Source: Alphaproteobacteria bacterium (GTDB lineage: Bacteria; Pseudomonadota; Alphaproteobacteria; CAAHEQ01; UBA3637). Taken from it: a DNA stretch of 64,000 bases. Each line of letters opens with the position of its first letter. The first letter of the stretch is position 1. Below, piece by piece: positions 19,992-28,787 of this stretch. The notes beneath the pieces were generated by a model, which saw nothing but the letters and a program-made list of their open reading frames with translations, ran no database searches and was not told where the DNA came from. The stretch lies in the NCBI GenBank assembly GCA_017412085.1, contig JAFPYS010000019.1, forward strand, positions 90,155 to 154,154. The letters run 5' to 3'. A program made the position numbers and the translations under genes.

Positions 19992-20984
19992 TTATCGTTC
20001 TTTTGGTGCGTATTTAGCCAAAGTCACCGCCACAGGACTTTCAAATGGTTTGGCCAGTTGTTTTTGTTGTTCCAACTTTTCCATTTCTTTTTTGTGCTTT
20101 TGTAATCTCTCAAAGGTCATCAAACCAGACAGGGCGGCACAAAACCCCAAAAAACCACGCTCCATTATAGGCAGATTTGGTGCAAATAGGGCAGTTGGTA
20201 TAGCCATAGCAGCACCAGATGCCCGTACAGCTAGACCGGCCACATACGATTTTCTGTCGGCGTCTTTCAACTTTTCATGTTCAGCATTAAACCATTGTGC
20301 CACACCAGCCGCGGTTTCTTGAATGCCATGTTTTTTCACGCTATCCATCAAGGTCAATGGATCCGCCATGGCCAGACCAACCAGTGCTGGCATTTTATCA
20401 AAACGCTCTGACGGCAATTGTTCATATAGCTCTGCAAATACCCTGCGATATTTCATGTATTGCTCGTCTGTTAAAAACGACACCTTTTCTTCCCGATTTT
20501 TCTTAATCATTTTGGCAAAGAAATTGTATTCTTTTTTGCTGTCTAAACCATTATTCAAAGAATCAAAGAAATCATCAAATTTTAATGCATACTTCCATCT
20601 ATGCAAAGAATAAAGTGTTTCACAAAAATCGGCATATTTATCTAAATTAACATGACCTTCTGTATCAACTTCACCATCTCTTGCATCAAACATTTTCAAG
20701 ATTTTTTCAGGGCAAACATATTTTACTCCACGACGTAATATTGCTATTCCCAATTCCGGAACAGGAACACCACACACTTTTCCAAAACCATGATCTGGCC
20801 GAACCAACAAAAATCGTTCGCGCAATTCTTTTCTGGCCGCCTTAGCACCCTCGGTCAAATCCCACGCAGAAAATTCGTGTTCCTCCACCTTTAGAAAGGC
20901 ATTAATTTCTTCCTCCCGCAGCTTGATCTGATGGCGGATCCAATCTTTTTCATCATTGAAATTTGTGTGTTTGTGCGATTCCAT
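19992..20984 (-). CDS. hypothetical protein (paralog of the next gene) with a C-terminal bilobed hydrophobic segment
   Basis: 330 aa. About 45% identical over the C-terminal 200 aa to the 313-aa neighbour (FDKMPxALGLAMAD, SVKKxG, GVAxWFxAE). Hydrophobic hairpin AGLAVRASGAAMAIPTALFAPNLPIMERGFLGFCAALSGLM. Confidence 0.65.
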   Translation of the reverse strand: MESHKHTNFNDEKDWIRHQIKLREEEINAFLKVEEHEFSAWDLTEGAKAARKELRERFLLVRPDHGFGKVCGVPVPELGIAILRRGVKYVCPEKILKMFDARDGEVDTEGHVNLDKYADFCETLYSLHRWKYALKFDDFFDSLNNGLDSKKEYNFFAKMIKKNREEKVSFLTDEQYMKYRRVFAELYEQLPSERFDKMPALVGLAMADPLTLMDSVKKHGIQETAAGVAQWFNAEHEKLKDADRKSYVAGLAVRASGAAMAIPTALFAPNLPIMERGFLGFCAALSGLMTFERLQKHKKEMEKLEQQKQLAKPFESPVAVTLAKYAPKER

Positions 20985-20996
20985 TTCAGCACCTTC

Positions 20997-21938
20997 TTAT
21001 CTTGATGGGCTGTATTTATCAAAAATCGCGGCCACCTTGCCCAGGTTGCTTTCACCCTTCTCTTGTTTGTTTTCATCGTGTTTTTTCAGCTGATAAAGGG
21101 CCAACCAACCAGATACCGCCGCCACAGCGCCCAAAAGACCACGACCAACCATCGGCATATTCGGTGTAAAGACGGCCGTTGGCAACGCCACGGAAGCGCC
21201 CGTGATGCCCGCAACAAGGCCCACTTTTCTGCGGACTTCTTTTTTGTGTTTCGCACGTTCAGCATCAAACCATTCTGCAACACCTCTTGCTGTTTTTTCA
21301 GGACCATATTTTTTCACGCTGTTGATCAAAATGGCCGAATCTGCCATAGCCAAACCCAATGCCTGAGGCATTTTATCAAAGCGTGGTCTTCCATCAAACA
21401 AATCGGAGGGCAATTGATCATAAACGTCCACAAACACCTTGCGATAGTTTTCGCGTTCATCTTCGGATAAAAAAGATATTTTTTCGTTTTGATTTTTACC
21501 AATCAATTTAAGAAAGTATGCCATCTCAAAAGACTTCAAACCACCCCAAAAATTCCCAGTGTCTATATACGCTTTCCAAAATTCGTATTCGTGTAGCGCG
21601 GCAGTATAAATAAAATATTTTTTATACAAACGTGGATTGACCTGAATTCCATATCCTGGTTCGTCATGGAACATCTTCATCATTACTTTGGGGCTAATGT
21701 GATTCAACCCTTGACACATCCTGGCCAACCCTAATTCATCAGAACCGGTATGTAACATTGGATGCACCCCAATACCATTTTTGTCCCAAGTGTCAATCAA
21801 CATGTCACGTAAATCTTTCTTGTTGGAGTCGGCCTCCATAGATGCATCCCATGCGGAAAGATCCTCCGCTTCATCATCCTCTTCCGGACGAAATGTTTTT
21901 TCTAACGCTTTTACTGTTCTGAGAGCGTCTTCGGCCAT
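20997..21938 (-). CDS. hypothetical protein (tandem paralog) with a C-terminal bilobed hydrophobic segment
   Basis: 313 aa. Shares blocks with the 330-aa neighbour. Hydrophobic hairpin VGLVAGITGASVALPTAVFTPNMPMVGRGLLGAVAAVSGWLALY. Confidence 0.65.
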   Translation of the reverse strand: MAEDALRTVKALEKTFRPEEDDEAEDLSAWDASMEADSNKKDLRDMLIDTWDKNGIGVHPMLHTGSDELGLARMCQGLNHISPKVMMKMFHDEPGYGIQVNPRLYKKYFIYTAALHEYEFWKAYIDTGNFWGGLKSFEMAYFLKLIGKNQNEKISFLSEDERENYRKVFVDVYDQLPSDLFDGRPRFDKMPQALGLAMADSAILINSVKKYGPEKTARGVAEWFDAERAKHKKEVRRKVGLVAGITGASVALPTAVFTPNMPMVGRGLLGAVAAVSGWLALYQLKKHDENKQEKGESNLGKVAAIFDKYSPSR

Positions 21939-22000
21939 TGCACGAGGAAACTCACCTTTTGCTTATCATTCAATGACATGCTTCTCATTGTATCTACTCC

Positions 22001-22543
22001 TTAAAAATAACGTTTCAACATAGCTTCTAATGCTTTACCATGACGGGCTTCATCACGCGCCATTTCATGCACAGAATCATGAATTGCATCCAAATTCAAT
22101 TCCTTGGCCTTCTTGGCAATAGCGGTCTTTCCATGGCAAGCACCATTTTCACCAGCCAACATTTTTTCCAAATTGGCTTTGGTGTCAGCGGATACTAATT
22201 CACCCAACATTTCCGCAAAACGGGCAGCATGTTCAGCTTCCTCATGTGCGATTTTATCCAGCGCCATAGCGATTTCCGGATAACCTTCACGCAAGGCCTG
22301 ACGGGACATGGCCAAGTACATGCCGACTTCAGAACATTCACCATTAAAATTGTTGCGTAATCCTTCCACAATTTCAGCATCCACACCTTTGGCAATACCA
22401 ATAGCATGTTCAGCGGCCCATGTCATTTCTTCTTCCTTATATGGGACAACCTTATCACCAGTTACCTTACACACAGGGCATTGTGGTGTCTCACCATCAG
22501 CCACATCAAAAACTTGTCCACAAACTAAACATTTATATTTCAT
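22001..22543 (-). CDS. reverse rubrerythrin (N-terminal rubredoxin-like Cys4 domain plus a di-iron ferritin-like domain)
   Basis: CLVCGQ...CPVC, then EEAEHAARF and DEARHGKAL (ExxH di-iron ligands). Start set at MKYKC, which has a GGAG RBS; the upstream ORF extension is ignored. Confidence 0.75.
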   Translation of the reverse strand: MKYKCLVCGQVFDVADGETPQCPVCKVTGDKVVPYKEEEMTWAAEHAIGIAKGVDAEIVEGLRNNFNGECSEVGMYLAMSRQALREGYPEIAMALDKIAHEEAEHAARFAEMLGELVSADTKANLEKMLAGENGACHGKTAIAKKAKELNLDAIHDSVHEMARDEARHGKALEAMLKRYF

Positions 22544-22559
22544 ATTTTTCTCCTTTAAA

Positions 22560-23375
22560 TTATTTACGACGAATACGCAGGTGCCACCAGAAAATACCCC
22601 CATGCATACTTTTTTCTGTTTTGGATACACGATCGCTTGCTGGCACAAATAAATGCACCGGTTTTGATCCATCTCTTCCCAATTTCGTAGCTAATTTATC
22701 CTGGCTTCCATCTCCACCACGGGTCAAATTCATTGGATCTTCAATTTTTAACTCGGATGCTATCTCTTGTGGAGTATGTTCACGTAATACCTTATTCAAT
22801 TCAGCGGGATGAATTGTCTGTAACAAAAAGTCGGCATATCTTGCCTCGCCGCCCTTGTGAGGGACAGTATTTTGAATGGCTTCATAAACGCGATAATAAT
22901 CGTTGAAATATTGAACACGCTCTTCATAATCCATTTCATTGGCAATATTCTCAACCTTTTCCACCTGTTCTTTGGCCAAAGTACGACGACTTGTTTGTGG
23001 TCCATGAATTTCGCCTTCATCCATAAAATCATCAAGTTGTTTAGATTTTGCCAAATACGTAAAAAGTTCTGTCATTTTGGGGGTTAATAAAATCTTATTG
23101 GGATTCTTCGGTGGATAATGAGCAAACACATCCTTTGCCCACAGAATCGCCTCTTTGTACGAAGCACCATTGCGCAGTATATAAACAACTGTAGCATACT
23201 GATGCGCTACAGAATCGGCGGGAAATTTATCATCACAACGCGCATATTGAACCTCCGATTCCCATGGCATTTGAATTATCCATGTCGGACTATAAAAATA
23301 GGCAACCATTTTGAAAACGCGCTCAAGATAATAACGGGCTTGATTGGCCTGAACCTTCAAATTCATCGGATTCAT
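22560..23375 (-). CDS. hypothetical protein (271 aa)
   Basis: Long ORF with coding-like composition and no recognisable motifs. Confidence 0.55.
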   Translation of the reverse strand: MNPMNLKVQANQARYYLERVFKMVAYFYSPTWIIQMPWESEVQYARCDDKFPADSVAHQYATVVYILRNGASYKEAILWAKDVFAHYPPKNPNKILLTPKMTELFTYLAKSKQLDDFMDEGEIHGPQTSRRTLAKEQVEKVENIANEMDYEERVQYFNDYYRVYEAIQNTVPHKGGEARYADFLLQTIHPAELNKVLREHTPQEIASELKIEDPMNLTRGGDGSQDKLATKLGRDGSKPVHLFVPASDRVSKTEKSMHGGIFWWHLRIRRK

Positions 23376-23442
23376 AAAAACTCCTTTACCATATTACCCT
23401 CAACCGGGAAAGAGCATAGCAAATTCTACGCTAAAAGTCAAG

Positions 23443-23961
23443 TTATTTTTGGTGCGTGACAATGTGTTCTGGATAGGGTTTCATGTCCTTTAATTTTTCC
23501 GCGAAAAATTGGGGATAAGCTTCATAATCACTCAGCTTATCTATTGGCAACCAACACATGCGTTCTTCCAAGGTGTTATTCAATGTTTTACTATGGCTGT
23601 CCAATTGTTGTGTTCCGCGCGATTTCATCAAGAAAAAGAACGTAATTTCATGGCATGCCAAACCGCTTAACATTCCATCATTGCGCTTGAAAAAGTTTTC
23701 CCATACGTACGCCAACCGGTCAATTTCGTAATGAATACCTGTTTCCTCATAAACCTCACGCAAGACGGCTTCTTCCATTGTTTCGCCCAAATTAACACCG
23801 CCTCCGATGGAATAGTAATAGCCTTCGGAATCATTGGTGGCAAACAAAACACATCCGTCCTCAATAATAATCGCCGCCGCGCGCAAACGAAAACGCCGCT
23901 TGTCCTCGGTTTCAAAACAAACATCATTATTCATCATTTGGATCGAGTTAGATAACTTCAT
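23443..23961 (-). CDS. NUDIX hydrolase
   Basis: Nudix box GGGVNLGETMEEAVLREVYEETGI (Gx5Ex7REUxEExGU). Confidence 0.8.
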   Translation of the reverse strand: MKLSNSIQMMNNDVCFETEDKRRFRLRAAAIIIEDGCVLFATNDSEGYYYSIGGGVNLGETMEEAVLREVYEETGIHYEIDRLAYVWENFFKRNDGMLSGLACHEITFFFLMKSRGTQQLDSHSKTLNNTLEERMCWLPIDKLSDYEAYPQFFAEKLKDMKPYPEHIVTHQK

Positions 23962-23970
23962 TTTTCCTCC

Positions 23971-24525
23971 TTATTTTATTTGTTTGACAGGTTTGGCCGG
24001 CACGCCATAAGCCAAAGTATTTTCGGGGATGTCTTTGGTCACAAGACTGCCCGCACCAATGACTGAATTTTTACCAATTTTGACACCACCTAAAATTGTC
24101 ACATTTGCTCCAATCCAAACATTGTCACCCACTTCTATCGGTTCAGCGGTCTGCCAACCTTCTGCACGCTCTTCAGAATCCAGTGGATGTGCTGCTGTAT
24201 AAAAACCAACATATGGCCCAACAATAACACCATTCCCTATTTTTACTAATGCGCCATCACCGATCGAAAGATGGTGGTTAAAATAGCAATTATCACCAAT
24301 TTCGGTGGCTTGACCATAATCGACATTCATAGGCAGTTCAAACCATGTATTTTTCCCCAACTTACGAAATAATTTGGGTAATAATTCTTGATGCAAATGC
24401 ATGGTATCTTTGGGACCACATGAATTGATTTCTTTTAACAAAAATGCAGCGCCAATTTTGACCCCTTGCAACTCATCTTCATACCCCTTAAAACGCACCC
24501 CTTTTTCAATTGGTAATTTCGTCAT
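23971..24525 (-). CDS. sugar O-acetyltransferase (maltose/galactoside acetyltransferase family, hexapeptide repeats)
   Basis: Left-handed beta-helix hexapeptide repeats (IGDNVWIGANVTILGGVKIGKNSVIGAGSLV) and a LacA/Maa-like N-terminal region. Start set at MTKLPIEK, which has an AGGAGG RBS. Confidence 0.75.
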   Translation of the reverse strand: MTKLPIEKGVRFKGYEDELQGVKIGAAFLLKEINSCGPKDTMHLHQELLPKLFRKLGKNTWFELPMNVDYGQATEIGDNCYFNHHLSIGDGALVKIGNGVIVGPYVGFYTAAHPLDSEERAEGWQTAEPIEVGDNVWIGANVTILGGVKIGKNSVIGAGSLVTKDIPENTLAYGVPAKPVKQIK

Positions 24526-24533
24526 TTTTCCTC

Positions 24534-25892
24534 CTATGCCATAACAAAAAGTAATACTAAAACTATTGGTGATAACCATTTAATAACAAAAGAAAAATAT
24601 TGTTTAAATATTTTGTTTTTTATACCCAAGTTATCGCTGATTTGTGGCCAAATTTTCCACCCCATAAACACACAATAAACCAGCACCATTAACCCCATCG
24701 TATATGTACCTGTCAGGTGGTCAGCAAAATCAAACAAATTCTTCCCTAAAATCGTCCAATCCAGGTGCCCTGTAAACGATGCTAAGACAATCATGCTTAA
24801 AATCAAATTGATACCAGCGGCACACAAACACGCCTTCCACCGCGACATATGTTTACGTTCAATCAGCAAATTAATAGCGGGCTCATAAATCGAAATTAGT
24901 GATGTCAATGCAGCCACAAACAACAACAAAAAGAAAACAAACATAAACACTTTACCACCCACCATTTGGTTAAAGACAAATGGCAACGTGACAAAACTTA
25001 ATGTCGGGCCTTGATTGGATTCCAAACCAAAAGCGAACACAGCAGGCACAACAATCATGGAAGCTAAAACCGCCACCAATGTATCCAAAACAACAACCCA
25101 TAATGCAGATTTTTTAATATCTGTTTCAGGATTTAAATACGATCCATAGATAAAGCACACGCCCAACCCCAACGACAAAGAGTATATCGCCTGCCCCAAA
25201 GCCAACAAGGCTGTGTGTGCCAATTTATGCAAATTAAAACCTGTGCTTGTGATTCCCAAATCCGCCCAATTAGGCTTGATTAAATATAACAATCCTTTTT
25301 CCGAGCCCGGCACCATAAACATCCATACAACCATAAAAATCAGCAGTACAAACAAAAACGGCATCAGGTAAAGAGAGGCCTTTTCTATTCCCCCTTTAAC
25401 GCCGTGCGTCAAAATCACAAAGGCCGACACAATACATAAAGCACCCCAAAACAATTGCATACCAAACGATGAAGTTAAGGCACCGAATAAATTTTTATCT
25501 ATGACTACGGGAGCAATTCCTACCAGATTTTTACCTGATGCAACAACATAAGATAAAGTCCAACCAATGACAACCACATAAACAGCGGCCACAAAAAAGA
25601 TATTGAATAATGTTAAAGATCCACCAACTCTTCCCCACCAACGAGATACATGGCCATCTGTTACTTTTTCAAATCCATGTACAAAATTCGTTTCGGCGAT
25701 GCGACCAAAAGTAATCTTTGCGGTCAGTAAAAAATACCCTAACAACGCAACACACAATAAATACACCAACAAGAACGCTCCCCCGCCATTTTGAGCAATC
25801 AAATACGGGAAACGCCAAATATTACCCAACCCCACAGCTGAACCAGCTGTCGCTAAAATAAAACCTAACTTTGATCCCCAATGTGAACGCAT
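24534..25892 (-). CDS. sodium-dependent transporter, neurotransmitter:sodium symporter (NSS/SNF) family
   Basis: N-terminal signature GSAVGLGNIWRFPYL. 452 aa with about 11-12 TM helices. Confidence 0.9.
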   Translation of the reverse strand: MRSHWGSKLGFILATAGSAVGLGNIWRFPYLIAQNGGGAFLLVYLLCVALLGYFLLTAKITFGRIAETNFVHGFEKVTDGHVSRWWGRVGGSLTLFNIFFVAAVYVVVIGWTLSYVVASGKNLVGIAPVVIDKNLFGALTSSFGMQLFWGALCIVSAFVILTHGVKGGIEKASLYLMPFLFVLLIFMVVWMFMVPGSEKGLLYLIKPNWADLGITSTGFNLHKLAHTALLALGQAIYSLSLGLGVCFIYGSYLNPETDIKKSALWVVVLDTLVAVLASMIVVPAVFAFGLESNQGPTLSFVTLPFVFNQMVGGKVFMFVFFLLLFVAALTSLISIYEPAINLLIERKHMSRWKACLCAAGINLILSMIVLASFTGHLDWTILGKNLFDFADHLTGTYTMGLMVLVYCVFMGWKIWPQISDNLGIKNKIFKQYFSFVIKWLSPIVLVLLFVMA

Positions 25893-25944
25893 ACAGCTTC
25901 CCTTGTTAATTTCTTATATCATATTATGTTTTTATCAAAAGGGC

Positions 25945-25975
25945 AACAAAAAAATCCCTCAGTTACTTGAGGGAT
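25945..25975 (-). terminator. rho-independent terminator after the 25993..26703 gene
   Basis: Hairpin ATCCCTCA-GTTACT-TGAGGGAT followed by T7 on the minus strand. Confidence 0.55.
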
Positions 25976-25992
25976 TTTCTTTGGCTTTAATC

Positions 25993-26703
25993 TTATTCCT
26001 TACCATAAGGTTTACGATACAGCGCAAGTTTCGCTTCAACTGTATCCAACACATCCCGTTGTTGAGATGGCGTTAACCGATCCAATTCGGAAAAGATAGC
26101 CATTTTTTTCATTTTTAATGTATCTTGTTTCTGTACTTCTGGTTTCTGATCTTTCTTCGCTTCCTCAACTTTTACATTTAATATGTCGGAACGATCTTGA
26201 GGACGAACGATACAAAGTCCGTCATCCGCAAAAGTAAAGAAAGCATGGCGTGAATCTTCTTCTCTTAAACCTGGATTACTTAAGCCAATCATTAATGGAT
26301 GTTTCGAATCATATGGATCATAAAACATGCAAACCCCAGCACCATCGGGATAAGAATGATAGATTTTGGGATATGTGTAATCATCAACAATTCGGGCTAA
26401 ATAATGCAATCCTGGTTGCAAATATCTCACGATACCCAATCTTAATTGTTCAGACAAATCCAATCCTTCGTCCAACAAATGATAATTCATTGCTTCGCCC
26501 ATAGGACCTTTAAAGAAATCCATACTCATCTTTTTAACACCATTATAAGCAACATCAATTTTCTTGAGTTTACCATGATCAAGGGTTAATTCAAAAGCTG
26601 TGGATTCTTCTTTGGGATTTACTTTAGACTTATATTTATCCGACAGGGTGATCTTAAATTGCTTATCACCAATTTTTTCTTTTGTTAAATAGAGTGGACG
26701 CAT
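25993..26703 (-). CDS. hypothetical protein (236 aa)
   Basis: ORF with an AGGAG RBS before MRPLYLTKEK. No family recognised. Confidence 0.55.
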   Translation of the reverse strand: MRPLYLTKEKIGDKQFKITLSDKYKSKVNPKEESTAFELTLDHGKLKKIDVAYNGVKKMSMDFFKGPMGEAMNYHLLDEGLDLSEQLRLGIVRYLQPGLHYLARIVDDYTYPKIYHSYPDGAGVCMFYDPYDSKHPLMIGLSNPGLREEDSRHAFFTFADDGLCIVRPQDRSDILNVKVEEAKKDQKPEVQKQDTLKMKKMAIFSELDRLTPSQQRDVLDTVEAKLALYRKPYGKE

Positions 26704-26778
26704 ATTAAAAACTCCTAGATATATGTTTCCCTCAACCATCGATCAGCATAGCAAAAAATGAAGAACTTGTCAAGTTAT

Positions 26779-27294
26779 TTATTTGTGCCGTAGCTGACGT
26801 ATACGCTGGATTAAAACAGGAATTAATCCGCGTTCGATTACTTCAGCCCTTTGATCATTAAAGCAATACTCAATACGATCTTTGACACGCCTTTTAGAAG
26901 ATAATTCAAAGCCAAAACGTTGCAGCAATGGTTTAAATTGAGGAAAATTTTTATGTGAAACTGTTAACAACGGCTTAGGTCCCAGCGCTTTCAAACAGGA
27001 CTTCATTAACTCCGTTCCAACACCTCGTCCTCGCCAATCTGATCGCACAAACAATGTGCAAATTTTTTTCTCATTTGGCGTATCTTTCAGCAAAGCACAC
27101 CCAACAACTTTCCCCTTTTCTTCTTTAGCAACTATATAACCACGTTCACCTTTTTTTAAACCCGGAACAAAGACTCTTTTGAACCAGTCTGCATAGTTAT
27201 CGTACACCTCTCCCACCGGCTGTGTCATTGTAAACAGCGTACGATAAAGGCCCTTATGTTCCTCGTGATAACCAAAATAACTTTTTATTTGCAT
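26779..27294 (-). CDS. GNAT family N-acetyltransferase
   Basis: 171 aa with the acetyl-CoA binding motif VRSDWRGRGVGTELM (R/Q-x-x-G-x-G/A). Confidence 0.8.
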   Translation of the reverse strand: MQIKSYFGYHEEHKGLYRTLFTMTQPVGEVYDNYADWFKRVFVPGLKKGERGYIVAKEEKGKVVGCALLKDTPNEKKICTLFVRSDWRGRGVGTELMKSCLKALGPKPLLTVSHKNFPQFKPLLQRFGFELSSKRRVKDRIEYCFNDQRAEVIERGLIPVLIQRIRQLRHK

Positions 27295-27356
27295 TTCTTA
27301 CTGGTTCCTTTATAATGCATTATAACAGCTTTATTTGTCTATTGCAAGGAGAAAAT

Positions 27357-27686
27357 ATGCACTATATGAAAGTTCAAACAAAATACTATAATTTACTAAA
27401 AGATGGCGTAAAAACAATTGAGTTACGTCTTTATGATGAAAAACGCCAACAGATTCAAGTGGGAGACGCCATTCAATTTTCCGACCTATCAAACCCAGAT
27501 GATACTTTCGTCACAAGGGTAACGGCTCTACATCGTGCCACTGATTTTACATCTTTATGTGCTTTAATTCATCCACAACAAGCTGGATTTAATTCTCCAG
27601 AAGATCTTGTAAATACAATGCAACAATTCTATTCGTCAGAAAAGCAACAACAATACGGCGTTGTTGGAATTGAAATTCACAACTAA
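27357..27686 (+). CDS. ASCH-domain protein
   Basis: 109 aa. KTIELRLYDEKRQQIQVGD is typical of the ASCH/PUA-like beta-barrel. AAGGAG RBS before the ATG at 27357. Confidence 0.65.
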   Translation: MHYMKVQTKYYNLLKDGVKTIELRLYDEKRQQIQVGDAIQFSDLSNPDDTFVTRVTALHRATDFTSLCALIHPQQAGFNSPEDLVNTMQQFYSSEKQQQYGVVGIEIHN

Positions 27687-27716
27687 AAAACCCTTCACAA
27701 GAAGGGCTTATTTCAA
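27685..27716. terminator. bidirectional terminator (ASCH gene on the plus strand, tRNA-Asp on the minus strand)
   Basis: Hairpin CCCTTC-ACAA-GAAGGG with A6 upstream and TTATTT downstream. Confidence 0.55.
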
Positions 27717-27720
27717 TAAA

Positions 27721-27797
27721 TGGCGGGATTGAAGGGGCTCGAACCCTCGACCTTCTGCGTGACAGGCAGACGCTCTAACCAGCTGAGCTACAACCCC
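27721..27797 (-). tRNA. tRNA-Asp (anticodon GTC), CCA encoded
   Basis: The reverse complement reads GGGGTTGTAGCTCAGCTGGTTAGAGCGTCTGCCTGTCACGCAGAAGGTCGAGGGTTCGAGCCCCTTCAATCCCGCCA, with anticodon loop CTGTCAC. Confidence 0.9.
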
Positions 27798-27818
27798 GCA
27801 ATCACGAGAACGGATTTT

Positions 27819-27847
27819 ATATTACAGTATTTCAAAATAAAATGCAA
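27819..27847 (-). promoter_or_regulatory. sigma70-like promoter for tRNA-Asp (TTGCAT-17-TAATAT)
   Basis: On the minus strand, TTGCAT (27842-27847), a 17-nt spacer, then TAATAT (27819-27824), about 21 nt before the tRNA 5' end. Confidence 0.5.
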
Positions 27848-27898
27848 GCACTTTTTTAATTTTTTTAAAAATAGATGCTACAGAGTTTATAAGTGGGG

Positions 27899-28696
27899 TT
27901 ACCTAACAATTACTCGGTCGCCCGGCTTAGGATTACCAAACATTTCTGCCGCTGATCCCCCTCGCAAACAAATTTCCGCACAATGATTTCCGTTCCAACC
28001 AGAAGAACCTGGCGCCATAATTAAGCTGCCATCTGGAACTGAAAAGATTCCCGTCCCCGTAGATAAGCTCATTGGAATACCGTTAATTTCCGCAATTCGC
28101 GCTGTTCCCATCAAATGTACATTGGTCTTGATATTGCCATAGCCATCAATAGAACAAATAATATTTTCAGGCACCGGCGGTACAAGCAACACCTCCTCAC
28201 CCAACAATTCCCATGATTGCAAAGGTTGACCAGCATGTTTTGCCAAAGAAGCCACACATGGCGGAAAAACATCCCGCGATCTAAATTGAGAGCCATCCGT
28301 GGCACATTTAACTTTGTAAACTTTTGCCCCTAAAAATGAGAAGGAGTAGCCACTATACGCCCCAATCACACGCACACCATTAGGTAATTCCGCAACCGCT
28401 AAAAACTCACCTGCATTATTCATTCTGGCAGACAATTCATCCTTTCGCGGCGCTGTATTGTGGTATACGATATGAGATGCACCCAACTTAGAATTATGGG
28501 CTAACTGAGCCACAACAAAGCCAGTTTCTATTGTATTAAAAGGATTCACACACATATTTTTTACAAAAGGAAAACCCAAATTGCGCATGTCAAATTCTTC
28601 TATTAAACGGCGATCCACCTCTGAAAAGGCCAAATCATCTATTCCCGTTTTGGCCCCATAATCTGCGATAAAATCTATATAAAAAGTCATGTGCAC
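27899..28696 (-). CDS. SAM hydroxide adenosyltransferase / SAM-dependent halogenase-like family (DUF62) protein
   Basis: 265 aa. GSQFRSRDVFPPCVASLA resembles the TFHGRDIFAPVAA core of the fluorinase/SalL/DUF62 family. The N-terminal DFIADYG also fits. Confidence 0.5.
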   Translation of the reverse strand: MHMTFYIDFIADYGAKTGIDDLAFSEVDRRLIEEFDMRNLGFPFVKNMCVNPFNTIETGFVVAQLAHNSKLGASHIVYHNTAPRKDELSARMNNAGEFLAVAELPNGVRVIGAYSGYSFSFLGAKVYKVKCATDGSQFRSRDVFPPCVASLAKHAGQPLQSWELLGEEVLLVPPVPENIICSIDGYGNIKTNVHLMGTARIAEINGIPMSLSTGTGIFSVPDGSLIMAPGSSGWNGNHCAEICLRGGSAAEMFGNPKPGDRVIVR

Positions 28697-28743
28697 TCCT
28701 TTTGTTTGGTCGGCATTATAATTAAAAAGAAAACTTTTGTCAA

Positions 28744-28771
28744 TAAAAAAAGCCCCGTCCGAATGGGCGGG
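28744..28771 (-). terminator. rho-independent terminator downstream of aspS
   Basis: Hairpin CCCGTCC-GAAT-GGGCGGG followed by T8 on the minus strand (A-run at 28744-28751). Confidence 0.55.
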
Positions 28772-28787
28772 ACTCTTTTTTTCAGTT

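Noticed and set aside
22001-22672. N-terminal 43-aa extension of the rubrerythrin ORF ([10 protein letters not shown]...)
   Set aside because: The RBS-supported internal start MKYKC matches the rubredoxin domain boundary, and the extension would overlap the stop of the upstream gene.
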